Origin: an uncultured Methanomassiliicoccales archaeon | GTDB lineage: Archaea; Thermoplasmatota; Thermoplasmata; Methanomassiliicoccales; UBA472 | Assembly: GCA_963732855.1 (NCBI GenBank) | Contig: CAVTBB010000003.1 | Location: 7,019-71,018, forward strand | Length of the DNA: 64,000 bases | Reading direction: 5' to 3' | In this document: one piece after another, positions 16,325 through 25,566 of the stretch | Numbering within the stretch: position 1 is the first letter of the stretch | How the letters are laid out: every line of letters starts with the position of its first letter | The notes under the pieces: generated by a model | What the model was told of the DNA's origin: nothing | Databases searched by the model: none | The model's input: the letters and a program-made list of their open reading frames with translations, nothing else | Translations under genes and position numbers: made by a program

Positions 16325-18382
16325 TCACCCCAGTACCTTCAAGACGAACCCAAGCACGTATAGCAGCACGATCAGGCCGACGATGCCGCCGATGACCACT
16401 GCGCTGTAGCTCTGTACCAGTCCGGTCTGCATTTTTCTCATCAACTTTCCGCCTCCGACGAGACCGCGGCTTATCAGGTTTACCAGGCCATCGATCACAT
16501 TTCGGTCGAACCAGTCGAGTACGAGCGAGAACCCGTACACGACCTTCTCGCCGAAGTAATCGTAGCCCTTGGTGAATCCGTACCTCTTCAACAGCATGTT
16601 GTACAGAGGCCTAACGAATGGCTTGCTGGCGATCGCACCGGCATCGATCTTCTTCTTGTAGAAGGTGAAGTACGCTAGTGCAATGCCCGCAATGGCCACC
16701 AATATTGAGACGTAGGTGAGCCAGTTTCCTAGGACCTTGTCCAGACTGAAGGCTTCGGGGAACTCACCGGCGAAGATCGTAGCCGAGAACCCTGCTCCGA
16801 TGAACACGACCAGACCGGAGCCGAAGGCAAGTATCGCCAGTATGACCAGCGGGCCAAGCATGACCCAGGGTGCCTCGCGGTGCGCGTGGACATCGGCCTC
16901 GTGGCCGTGCTCATCAGCGTGCGCCCCAACATGTTCGCCCTTGATTTCGGTGGCGTGTTTGGTCGCCTCTCCCTCTTCACCCGCGAAGGTCATGAACCAC
17001 ATGCGGAACATGTAGAACGCCGTCATGAAGGCTGTAGCAACGCCCATCAGCCAGAGCAGCATGAACACCCAGTGATCCGTCGACGCTTCGAATACGCTCG
17101 CCAATATCTCGTCCTTGGACCAGAAACCGCTTAGTATCGGTATACCGGCTATTGAGAGCGAACCGATGAGCATCACCACCGAGGTGACCTTCATGTGCTT
17201 TCGCAACCCTCCCATGAGCTTCAGCTCTTCGGTGTGGACGAAGTGAATGACCGCACCCGCTGAAAGGAAGAGCAGAGCTTTGAAGAAGGCATGGTTCATC
17301 AGATGGAACATGCCGGCGGCGAATGCGATGCTTCCTGCCGCCATCAAGGCCTCGTCACCATGCTTGAAGCCGATCCCGAACAGATATGCGCCTGTACCGA
17401 GCGACAGGAACATGTAGCCCAGTTGGCTGATGGTCGAGTACGCGAGGACGCGCTTGATCAACGGCGAGTTGAGCGCCATCGTGGAGGCCATCAATGCCGT
17501 GACACCGCCGATTATGGCGATGAACAATCCCATGTCAGGGACGAAGATCAGCAGTGGGAACATCCTAGCTACGAGATAGACGCCTGCCTTGACCATGGTC
17601 GCCGCATGAATAAGTGCGGACACCGTGGTCGGGCCTTCCATGGCATCTGGCAACCAGTCATGCAGCGGGAACTGTGCCGACTTACCGATCGAGCCGCCGA
17701 ACATGAAGAACAGGCCGAGGGCCAGCATTCCCTGGTCAACGCTCGCTATGATCTCCTGGTTGAACAGCGTGTGGAAATCGAGGGTCTTGAAGGTGGTCAA
17801 CAGCACGATCAGGCCGACCATGAACATGACGTCCCCGATCCTGGTGACGAGGAACGCCTTCTTAGCTGCCGATGCGGCCGACGGTCTCTCGAACCAGAAG
17901 CCGATGAGCAAGTAAGAACAAAGACCCACCAGCTCCCAGAATATGAACAGCTGCAGGAAGTTGTTCGCCAGTACCAGCCCGAGCATGACGCCTACGAACA
18001 GGCATATCTCGGTGTAGTAGCGGCGCCTCCTATCCCCCTGATCGTGCATGTACCCGATAGAGTAGATGACGACCAGAGCAGCGACGAACGAGACCACTAT
18101 GAGCATCAGGGCGGTTACGGTGTCGATATAGATACCGAGATCAAGGTTGTAACCCCCGATCGATACCCAGGTCATGCTCTGCTCAAAGTAATTTAGATGA
18201 CCTTCGAAGCCGACTGTGAGCGCCTCAAAGGCGACCAGCAGGGACAGCACCATCGCGCTTCCGACGCCGGCGATCGCGACGACCCCGCCCTTGTCCTTCA
18301 TCTTGCCGCCGAGGAACCCGACGATCAGGAACGCGACGAGCGGCAATAATGGGATGATCCACGCAAGTTCATATATCTGCAT
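16325..18382 (-). CDS. nuoL: Fpo/Nuo complex subunit L
   Basis: The 685-aa subunit has WLPDAMEGPTTVSALIHAATMVKAGVYL and a long C-terminal extension typical of NuoL. Confidence 0.92.
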   Translation of the reverse strand: MQIYELAWIIPLLPLVAFLIVGFLGGKMKDKGGVVAIAGVGSAMVLSLLVAFEALTVGFEGHLNYFEQSMTWVSIGGYNLDLGIYIDTVTALMLIVVSFVAALVVIYSIGYMHDQGDRRRRYYTEICLFVGVMLGLVLANNFLQLFIFWELVGLCSYLLIGFWFERPSAASAAKKAFLVTRIGDVMFMVGLIVLLTTFKTLDFHTLFNQEIIASVDQGMLALGLFFMFGGSIGKSAQFPLHDWLPDAMEGPTTVSALIHAATMVKAGVYLVARMFPLLIFVPDMGLFIAIIGGVTALMASTMALNSPLIKRVLAYSTISQLGYMFLSLGTGAYLFGIGFKHGDEALMAAGSIAFAAGMFHLMNHAFFKALLFLSAGAVIHFVHTEELKLMGGLRKHMKVTSVVMLIGSLSIAGIPILSGFWSKDEILASVFEASTDHWVFMLLWLMGVATAFMTAFYMFRMWFMTFAGEEGEATKHATEIKGEHVGAHADEHGHEADVHAHREAPWVMLGPLVILAILAFGSGLVVFIGAGFSATIFAGEFPEAFSLDKVLGNWLTYVSILVAIAGIALAYFTFYKKKIDAGAIASKPFVRPLYNMLLKRYGFTKGYDYFGEKVVYGFSLVLDWFDRNVIDGLVNLISRGLVGGGKLMRKMQTGLVQSYSAVVIGGIVGLIVLLYVLGFVLKVLG

Positions 18383-18383
18383 C

Positions 18384-18686
18384 TTACCACCTCATGGAGT
18401 TGAGGTCCTCTACGTGGACCGTGTCCTTCAACCGGTTCAGGTTCAGCAATATTGCCAGACCCACAGCGACCTCGGCCGCCGCAATGCCGATCGAGAACAG
18501 CGCGAACATGTAACCGGACGGGTCATTGTTGTACGCGGCGAACGCGACGAAGTTGATGTTCGCGGCGTTCAGCATTATCTCTATCGACATGAGCACGATG
18601 ATGGCGTTCTTCTTGGTGAGCACACCTATGATCCCGATGACGAACAGGATCGACGACAATATCAGGAAGTATTCCAGGGGGATCAT
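18384..18686 (-). CDS. nuoK: Fpo/Nuo complex subunit K
   Basis: The 100-aa, 3-TM product has the AAAEVAVGLAILL motif. Confidence 0.9.
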   Translation of the reverse strand: MIPLEYFLILSSILFVIGIIGVLTKKNAIIVLMSIEIMLNAANINFVAFAAYNNDPSGYMFALFSIGIAAAEVAVGLAILLNLNRLKDTVHVEDLNSMRW

Positions 18687-18937
18687 TGTTCTTCCTCCTG
18701 CGCGATGAAGACACCTGCGATCATGGCGGAGAAGAGCAGCAGCCCCAGTACCAAGACCACGATGCCGTATTGACCGAACAGTATCGTTCCGAATTGAGCG
18801 GTAGTGAACTGCGCTATCGGTCCGCTCGGCCAGGTGACCGTGAGGAGGGACGCGCCCATGAACACCAGCAGCACTGCCGCGAGGATCGTTTTACCGATCG
18901 CGTTGCCTATGCCTTGACTCTTACTCACAGGCACCAC
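18683..18937 (-). CDS. nuoJ: Fpo/Nuo complex subunit J, C-terminal half (J2)
   Basis: The 84-aa membrane protein continues NuoJ. A GGAGG sequence sits just upstream of its GTG codons. Confidence 0.7.
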   Translation of the reverse strand: MVPVSKSQGIGNAIGKTILAAVLLVFMGASLLTVTWPSGPIAQFTTAQFGTILFGQYGIVVLVLGLLLFSAMIAGVFIAQEEEQ

Positions 18938-19187
18938 CTCCGGTCAGGCGTCTCTTGGTCAGCATGACCCCGAACAGGATCAGCACGTTAATCGCTCCCA
19001 CGTAGACAAGTACCTGGATGAGTCCAATGTACTCCGCGTTCAGGAAAAAGAACGTGACCGCAACCCCGATGAACGAGATGGCTAGGTAGAAGACGCTACG
19101 GACGATCTCCTTGGTGATCAGGACGGATATGGCGGCGCCGACGGTTATACCGGCAACGGCCAGGAATACGATCTCAGACAGATCCAT
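18921..19187 (-). CDS. nuoJ: Fpo/Nuo complex subunit J, N-terminal half (J1)
   Basis: The 88-aa product has AEYIGLIQVLVYVGAINVLILFGVML, the conserved NuoJ core. Confidence 0.8.
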   Translation of the reverse strand: MDLSEIVFLAVAGITVGAAISVLITKEIVRSVFYLAISFIGVAVTFFFLNAEYIGLIQVLVYVGAINVLILFGVMLTKRRLTGGGACE

Positions 19188-19931
19188 TTACTTCGCCTCC
19201 TTCATGGACAGGCAGTCCTTCGGACAGACATCTACGCACATCTCGCATGATACGCATTTGGAGTTGTCGAAGACCGGCCTCTTTATCGGCTTCTTGGTCT
19301 TCTCATTGACCTCGCCTGTATCGGTCATCTTGACCGCACCGGCCGGACAGGTCTTCTCACAGCGGCTGCAGGAGATGCACCTCTTGGCATCCAGGATCAC
19401 AGTGTCCTTGAGCGTCATGGAGCCCTTCTTGGACGGGACTGCGTCCCGCCCTGATGGCAGGACCTCCTCGTAGTTCACCTCATATCCCGGCCTGGATTCG
19501 AATTGCAGTTTCATAGGGTCATAGACCAGTTCTTCCCTGGTGTAGGAAGCGAGCTCGAACTCGGGCGTCACGATCATGGCGTTGGTGGGACAGACCTCGG
19601 CGCAGTAGCCGCACATCATGCACCTTCCTACGTTGATCTGGGGCCTCTTGACCTTGCCCAAGGTCTCATGCTCGATCTGTACCATGGTGATGCAGGTGGT
19701 CGGGCACAGCTTGACGCATTTCTGGCAAGCGATGCACTTTTCCAGCACGATGCCTGGGCGTCCCCGGAAGCACTCGGGAAGGACGTTCTTCTCCCAGGGG
19801 TACATGACCGTGTTCGGCCTGCGCCCCGGGAGGGAGGTCTTGACCATTGTCTTGAAAGTCAACCACAGGGGCTTGATAATGTATCCAGTGGCCCTCAGCT
19901 TCTTCCGTTCGGGATTTTGTGTGGCGTCCAT
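19188..19931 (-). CDS. nuoI: Fpo/Nuo complex subunit I fused to an extra C-terminal 2x[4Fe-4S] ferredoxin domain
   Basis: The 247-aa product has four CxxCxxCxxxCP motifs: CIACQKCVKLCP, CMMCGYCAEVCP, CISCSRCEKTCP and CVSCEMCVDVCP. Canonical NuoI has two. Confidence 0.9.
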   Translation of the reverse strand: MDATQNPERKKLRATGYIIKPLWLTFKTMVKTSLPGRRPNTVMYPWEKNVLPECFRGRPGIVLEKCIACQKCVKLCPTTCITMVQIEHETLGKVKRPQINVGRCMMCGYCAEVCPTNAMIVTPEFELASYTREELVYDPMKLQFESRPGYEVNYEEVLPSGRDAVPSKKGSMTLKDTVILDAKRCISCSRCEKTCPAGAVKMTDTGEVNEKTKKPIKRPVFDNSKCVSCEMCVDVCPKDCLSMKEAK

Positions 19932-19932
19932 C

Positions 19933-21030
19933 TTAGAACCACCCCATTGCCTTCAATGACACGGCCACGACCAGGTTTATGACCGCCAGCGGGAGCAGCC
20001 TCTTCCAGCCGATCTTTAGGATCTGGTCGGTCCTGATACGGACCATCGCTGCCCTGACCCAGATCATAATGAAGAAGACGAAGAACGTCTTCAGCAGGAA
20101 CCACACCTCTGGCCACAGGAACGGACCATCCCAGCCCCCCAGGAACAGGATTGCGATGAGAGCACTGGCGATATACGCCCTTAGATAGTCGCTGAGCATG
20201 ATCAGGCCCCAGCGGAACCCACCGTACTCGGTCTGCCAACCTTCCACCAATTCTGCCTCAGCTTCGGGCAGGTCGAACGGAACCCTTTCGGATTCGGCTA
20301 TGCCGCAGGTAAAGAAGGTCACGAATCCTATGAACAGCGGGATGAACAGCCAAAGATGGGCCTGTTGGTATCCCACTATCTCATTGAAGTTCAGGCTCCC
20401 GGTCATTATGACTACGCTGACGACGACCAGGAGCAGAGGCACCTCATAGGCTATGAGCTGTGCCGCCGCACGCATACCGCCGATGACAGTGTACTTGTTG
20501 TTGGATGCCCAACCGCCGATCAGGATGAAGAACGGGGCGAGCGAGAACACGGCCAACCCGATCAGGAGGCCCAAGGGAACGTTGGCGACGAAGAACCGGT
20601 CGCTCCACGGGACCAACCCGAGGAGCAGTGCGGAAGTGGCTATGATACCAACCACAGAGTATGTGTAAAGCCTTTCGTCGGCCTCTTTCGGGATGATGAT
20701 CTCCTTGACCATCGTCTTAATTCCGTCTGCGAAGTTCTGGAACAGGCCAAGCATACCGACCTGTGTGCCGCGCCGGTCCATGATACGCCCGAGGGTCTTC
20801 CTCTCTTGCCAGATGACGGTCAGACCAACCAGGAACGCAGCGACGAAGAATATGACGCAGGTGAGCACGATGGACAGGAAGTTGACCGGACCTCCGGTCA
20901 CTGCCCAATCACCGATGAATTGGATCTCATTTATTCCGGTGAGGCGGATGATCCATTGAGCGACCTCTCCGATCCAAAAGGACAGGCCGTGCATCAATGA
21001 GAATAACGTGGTGTCTGCCATGTGGATCAC
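19933..21030 (-). CDS. nuoH: Fpo/Nuo complex subunit H
   Basis: The 365-aa polytopic product has ERKTLGRIMDRRG and PFDLPEAEAELV motifs. Confidence 0.92.
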   Translation of the reverse strand: MIHMADTTLFSLMHGLSFWIGEVAQWIIRLTGINEIQFIGDWAVTGGPVNFLSIVLTCVIFFVAAFLVGLTVIWQERKTLGRIMDRRGTQVGMLGLFQNFADGIKTMVKEIIIPKEADERLYTYSVVGIIATSALLLGLVPWSDRFFVANVPLGLLIGLAVFSLAPFFILIGGWASNNKYTVIGGMRAAAQLIAYEVPLLLVVVSVVIMTGSLNFNEIVGYQQAHLWLFIPLFIGFVTFFTCGIAESERVPFDLPEAEAELVEGWQTEYGGFRWGLIMLSDYLRAYIASALIAILFLGGWDGPFLWPEVWFLLKTFFVFFIMIWVRAAMVRIRTDQILKIGWKRLLPLAVINLVVAVSLKAMGWF

Positions 21031-22109
21031 CTATCCGTCTCGCCGAGGCACATGTCCACTGAACCCATGATCGCAGGGACATCTGCCATTTTCTCCCCGC
21101 GCAATGCAACGGGCATCGCGGAGACGGTCACGAATATGGGAGACCGTACCTTTAGCCTGTATGGCTTGCCGCTCCCGTCACTTATGATGTACATGAGACC
21201 CTCGCCTCGTGGGTCCTCAACGTGTGCGAACGCCCTTCCCGCGGGTGCGGTCTTCGGGGTCTTGACCCGGACCGGCCCTGGTTTCATCTTGGTGAACGCT
21301 TGCCTGACGATCCTGCAGGACTGGCGCATCTCCTCGATCCTTACCCGGTACCGGGCGTATGAATCGCAGTCGGGATGCGTGCAGACATCGAAGTCCACCT
21401 CCGCATACTTCTCGTACGGGTCATCCCGGCGAAGATCGAAGTCGACGTTGCTGCCCCTCATGTTCGGACCAGTGACACCAAGGTTCATGGCTTGGGCGGC
21501 GGTCAGCTTGCCGACGCCCTGCATCCTCATCAGGAATGATTCGCACTCATCGCAGAGAATCTCGTAATCGTGTATGCGCTTCTCCATGAGCGTCACCACG
21601 CGAAGCGTATCCCTCTCCCAGTTGGCCGGGATATCGTTCCTTACACCGCCAATCCTGGTGTAGTTGTAGGTCATCCTGGCGCCGCAAAGATCGTTCATGA
21701 GGTCCATTATGAGCTCTCTTTCCCTCATGCAGTAAAGGAAAATAGTGTACGAGCCGAGATCGGTCCCAACTGCTGCCAGCCACATTAGGTGCGAAGAGAT
21801 CCTCTGCAGTTCGATGGTTATGACCCGGATCCATTGTGCCCGGTCCGGGACCTCGAGCTCCATGACCTCCTCGACCGCCCTACAATACAGATGGGACCAA
21901 GTGAGCGATGCACCGTAACATAGACGGTCCGCCATCGGGATGATCTGCTGGAAGTCACGGCTCTCGACCATCTTTTCCCAGCCGCGGTGCAGGTAACCGA
22001 TGATCGGTTCCGCCTCGGTGATGATCTCTCCGTCCAGCTTGACCCGGAGGTTCCACAATCCATGAGTCATCGGGTGCTGCGGACCCATGTTTACCCACAT
22101 TTCTGTCAT
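21027..22109 (-). CDS. nuoD: Fpo/Nuo complex subunit D
   Basis: The 360-aa product has NMGPQHPMTHG, GYLHRGWEKM and a C-terminal GETDR. Confidence 0.93.
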   Translation of the reverse strand: MTEMWVNMGPQHPMTHGLWNLRVKLDGEIITEAEPIIGYLHRGWEKMVESRDFQQIIPMADRLCYGASLTWSHLYCRAVEEVMELEVPDRAQWIRVITIELQRISSHLMWLAAVGTDLGSYTIFLYCMRERELIMDLMNDLCGARMTYNYTRIGGVRNDIPANWERDTLRVVTLMEKRIHDYEILCDECESFLMRMQGVGKLTAAQAMNLGVTGPNMRGSNVDFDLRRDDPYEKYAEVDFDVCTHPDCDSYARYRVRIEEMRQSCRIVRQAFTKMKPGPVRVKTPKTAPAGRAFAHVEDPRGEGLMYIISDGSGKPYRLKVRSPIFVTVSAMPVALRGEKMADVPAIMGSVDMCLGETDR

Positions 22110-22595
22110 TTAAATCCGCCTCCCGACCTCGTAGTCCTTCCGGAGTGGGAAGAACGTGTAATCCTGCGGAAGGAGAATCCTCTCCAGGCGCGGGTGTCCT
22201 TTGAAGATGATACCGAACATATCGTAGGTCTCGCGCTCATGCCAGTCCGCCCCACCATAGAGAGGTGTAATGGAATCGATCTCGGGAACGTCCCTCGGGA
22301 CGTCCACGGTGATCTGGGCTACGATCTTGTTCGCGTATGATGACATGTGGTAGACGACCTGGAAAGTAGTCTTCATGTCGACGCCGGACACGCTGGAGCA
22401 ATGCTCGAACTCCATCTCGTCCTTCATCTTCATGATCAGCTCCAGGAATACTGACCGGTCGACGTTGAAGAAGACCCGCCTGGGTTTCGTCTGCAGGTCG
22501 GTCATTTTGTCCTTGAACTGCTCGGTCAACGCCTTTGCGACCATCTCCTCTGTCATGGTCTTTGCCTTCGGGGTAGTCTCGGTCAAATTTCCCAC
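22110..22595 (-). CDS. nuoC: Fpo/Nuo complex subunit C
   Basis: The 161-aa product has ADWHERETYDMFGIIFKGHP. Confidence 0.9.
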   Translation of the reverse strand: MGNLTETTPKAKTMTEEMVAKALTEQFKDKMTDLQTKPRRVFFNVDRSVFLELIMKMKDEMEFEHCSSVSGVDMKTTFQVVYHMSSYANKIVAQITVDVPRDVPEIDSITPLYGGADWHERETYDMFGIIFKGHPRLERILLPQDYTFFPLRKDYEVGRRI

Positions 22596-22596
22596 C

Positions 22597-23125
22597 TCAG
22601 TCCAGGAATGTTCCTTTCTGTTCCGCCGTTATCTTACGGTTCAGTTTCATGAAGCCATCGATCATGGCCTCAGGCCTTGGCGGGCAACCGGGGATGTATA
22701 TGTCCACTGGGATGAATGTATCAAGTCCCTGGATGACGTTGTACCCGTCATACCATGGTCCGCCGGAGATCGCGCACTCGCCCATCGCGACGACCCACTT
22801 CGGCTCAGGCATCTGCTCATATAACCTCCTCAGGGAGGGCCGGAGCTTGGCGGATATCCAACCATTTACGAGAAGAACATCGCTCTGTCTCGGGGATGAC
22901 CGATCGAATCATTCCCAACCTTTCAGCGTCCCATCGGCATGCGGAAGCGGCGGCCATCTCAAGCGCGCAGCAGGCGATTCCGAAGTGGAGCGGGTAAATG
23001 GCATTCCTCTGACCCCAGGCCCAGATCGGTCCGGTCAACCTGTCGATGGCCGGCTTGATGGGGGGAGTTCTCAGGGTTTCCACGACAAAATTGCTGGACC
23101 ACTGTTGGAATTCCTTGGCGGTCAT
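22597..23125 (-). pseudogene. nuoB: Fpo/Nuo complex subunit B, interrupted by a single-base frame shift (a sequencing error is possible)
   Basis: The N-terminal half (MTAKEF...LHFGIACCALEMAAASACRWDAERLGM) is in one frame. The C-terminal half ([46 protein letters not shown]...PGCPPRPE) is in another, and they join near 22909. The span is 529 nt, which is 3n+1. Confidence 0.88.
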
Positions 23126-23148
23126 GGCGATTGCTTGCGGGGCATGGC

Positions 23149-23526
23149 TTAGATCCAAAGTATGACCTCCTTCTTGAGGGCGTAATAGACACCGACCAAC
23201 AGTATTGCCAGGAAGGCGACCGCGGACACCATGGACATGCCGAGCATGTCGATGGTCGAGAACAATGACGAATAGGTCAAAGCCCATACAAGCAAGAAAA
23301 CAGTGACGATATCAAAAACAACGAAGATGATAGCATAGACGTAGAATTGTACATGAAACTGGATTTGCGCTTGTCCTATGGGCACTTCACCGCACTCGTA
23401 GGTGGTCTCCCTAAGAGTACTGTACTTCGTTGGTCTGAAAAACCGTGACACGTAGAAGGCCAGTACTGGGAACAATATCGCTACCAGTGCGAATATGGCA
23501 ATGGGATAATATTGGTCTATGAGCAT
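23149..23526 (-). CDS. nuoA: Fpo/Nuo complex subunit A
   Basis: The 125-aa, 3-TM product has YECGE and is the first gene of the operon. Confidence 0.88.
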   Translation of the reverse strand: MLIDQYYPIAIFALVAILFPVLAFYVSRFFRPTKYSTLRETTYECGEVPIGQAQIQFHVQFYVYAIIFVVFDIVTVFLLVWALTYSSLFSTIDMLGMSMVSAVAFLAILLVGVYYALKKEVILWI

Positions 23527-23560
23527 TGAGAGGGGAATATTCTCCCCGTATTTAAACGTG
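23527..23560 (-). promoter_or_regulatory. candidate archaeal promoter of the fpo/nuo operon (TATA box plus near-palindrome)
   Basis: The minus strand reads GTTTAAATACggggagaatattcccctctcaATG. The TTTAAATA element ends 22 nt before the nuoA ATG, which suggests a leaderless or very short-leader mRNA. The imperfect inverted repeat GGGGAGAATATTCCCC lies between the TATA box and the start. Confidence 0.45.
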
Positions 23561-23814
23561 TCACAGGGATGCTGGCTAGCCTTAGAAACTTGTTTTTTAG
23601 AGTCCTATATGATTCAGCAAGGAGCGACTGACCTTAGAGCCGTTACATAGTCCAGGAATCATTATTTTAACCTTGGCCTGTGAGCTTCTGTGTTTGATAA
23701 CCAAACGGAGATTCGTTAACCCGCGTTAAACTATCGGAAAAGGGCGGAGCCTATTACCGTGAATTCCGGTAAGATTAAAGAACTTGGCGTCCAAGTCTAT
23801 TCAACGGTGTAATC

Positions 23815-24330
23815 ATGGATGAAAAGGTCGCGGTATTGGTAGAGGACATGTACGAGGACCTGGAACTTTGGTATCCGGTGATCAGGCTAAAAGAGGCAGG
23901 GTATAAGCCGGTGATCATTGGCAGCGGTACCAAGGACGTCTTCCTAAGCAAGCACGGTTACCCGGCCAAGGCTGGAATGTCCGCGGATAAGGCAAACCCT
24001 GACGATTACGTCGCCGTCATCATTCCCGGGGGATTCGCGCCGGACCACATGCGCAGGCACCCGCAGATGGTCGATTTCGTCAAGAAGATGTATTCTAAGC
24101 AGAAATTGGTGGCGTCGATCTGCCACGCCGGTTCGATGCTTGTGTCGGCCAATGTCCTCAAAGGCAAGAAGGCCACGTCGTTCTACTCGATCAAGGACGA
24201 TATGATGAACGCCGGGGCACGCTGGTTCGACGAAGAAGTCGTTGTGGACGGGAATCTGATCTCCTCAAGAAACCCGGACGACCTGCCCGCGTTCATGAAA
24301 GCGATCTTGGAATACTTGGGGGCCAGGTGA
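23815..24330 (+). CDS. pfpI: DJ-1/PfpI family protein (type 1 glutamine amidotransferase-like)
   Basis: The 171-aa product has the nucleophile elbow SICHAGSML and PGGFAPD. Confidence 0.88.
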   Translation: MDEKVAVLVEDMYEDLELWYPVIRLKEAGYKPVIIGSGTKDVFLSKHGYPAKAGMSADKANPDDYVAVIIPGGFAPDHMRRHPQMVDFVKKMYSKQKLVASICHAGSMLVSANVLKGKKATSFYSIKDDMMNAGARWFDEEVVVDGNLISSRNPDDLPAFMKAILEYLGAR

Positions 24331-24444
24331 ATAAGCGGAGACCTCATCAATTAATATGCCAGCTAGAAAACGACACTCTTTTTAATATCATCGACTCCAT
24401 ATCGCCATCGCACTGACGGTTACGTCAATGGAGTGTTGATTCAG

Positions 24445-25248
24445 ATGAAGATTGGATTCGTCGGGGCGGGCATGATGGCTGAAGCCCTTATGAAGGGGAT
24501 CATTGCGGCAGGGGTCACGGTAGCGGAAGATATCGTCGCGAGCGAGATCGTACCGGCTCGCAGGGATTATATCACAAAAACGCTCAAGATCCGCACCACG
24601 GTGGATAACGCGGATGTGGCAAGATCGTCCGACGTGATCATCCTGGCGGTCAAGCCGCAGCAGATGGGAGCGGTATTGGACGAGCTGAAACCAATCCTCA
24701 CCGGTGAGCACCTGCTCATCTCGATCGCCGCTGGCATCAAGTTAGACTTTATAGAGAAGCACATCAACTGGGGAGTGCGGGTTGTTAGGGTCATGCCGAA
24801 CCAGCCCTGTCAGGTCGGGGCGTCCGCCTCGGCATTCGCGCTGGGCAAGAGCGCCAAGGCAGAGGACAAAGAGACCGTGCAGAAGATCCTCAACTCGGTT
24901 GGCATCGCATTCTCGCTGGAAGAGAAGTACCTGGACGCGGTGACCGGGCTGAGCGGCTCGGGACCGGCCTACATGTACATGGTCATCGAGGCGATGGCGG
25001 ACGGCGGCGTCATGGCAGGACTGCCCAGGGACGTGGCAATCGCCCTTGCGGCGCAGACGATGCTCGGCTCGGCCAAGACCGTCCTGGAGACCAGGAAGCA
25101 CCCGGGCGAACTGAAAGATATGGTTGCCTCGCCGGCCGGAACGACGATCGAAGGGATACGCGTCCTCGAACAGTACAGCATCAGGGCGGCGTTCATCGAC
25201 GCGGTCGAAGCCGGGGCGCTGAAGTCCGCAGAGCTCGGCAATAAGTAA
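24445..25248 (+). CDS. proC: pyrroline-5-carboxylate reductase
   Basis: The product has [15 protein letters not shown] and C-terminal [10 protein letters not shown] prefer the ATG at 24445 over the upstream GTG at 24433. Confidence 0.9.
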   Translation: MKIGFVGAGMMAEALMKGIIAAGVTVAEDIVASEIVPARRDYITKTLKIRTTVDNADVARSSDVIILAVKPQQMGAVLDELKPILTGEHLLISIAAGIKLDFIEKHINWGVRVVRVMPNQPCQVGASASAFALGKSAKAEDKETVQKILNSVGIAFSLEEKYLDAVTGLSGSGPAYMYMVIEAMADGGVMAGLPRDVAIALAAQTMLGSAKTVLETRKHPGELKDMVASPAGTTIEGIRVLEQYSIRAAFIDAVEAGALKSAELGNK

Positions 25249-25566
25249 TGGGGCGTGCAAGCGCCCAATCAATCTCTTTCCCTTCTAATTTTCATCATTT
25301 AGATCGGTCCTGAACCCGAGATACTTCCAATAGTTGCATCGTGATCGGTCCGTTTGTGAAGAGGCAGGCTGATTGTCAGTGAGGATATCCGTTCCTGATT
25401 GCCTTAGCCTTATGATCATACCAACCCGTCAGGAATGCCACGAATGACCCTTGATCGAGGATAGCCTTGATGACTGATCGGCCTTAACCGCTTGCCACAC
25501 TAGAGGATAACAGTATCAACGGAGCGGGACCTTACACTGGAACCTTGATTGGTACCATAGCTGATA

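Noticed and set aside
18921-18960. The nuoJ split as another sequencing frameshift.
   Set aside because: A GGAGG sequence and GTG codons are positioned correctly for independent, coupled translation of the second half, and split nuoJ genes exist in other archaea. I kept it as a low-interest finding rather than calling it a pseudogene.
13348-23152. Numerous long plus-strand ORFs (60-300 aa) across the whole fpo/nuo operon, and similar antisense ORFs opposite fhs, folD, gltS, cooS and other genes.
   Set aside because: They are shadow frames opposite strongly conserved genes. Their translations are Arg/His/Asp/Gly-rich low-complexity sequence with no family resemblance.
25270-25566. A possible missing N-terminal (signal/pilin) exon of the 138-aa Thr/Gly-rich protein in another frame upstream.
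   Set aside because: All three plus frames upstream contain stops within a few codons of every ATG. None encodes a hydrophobic segment.
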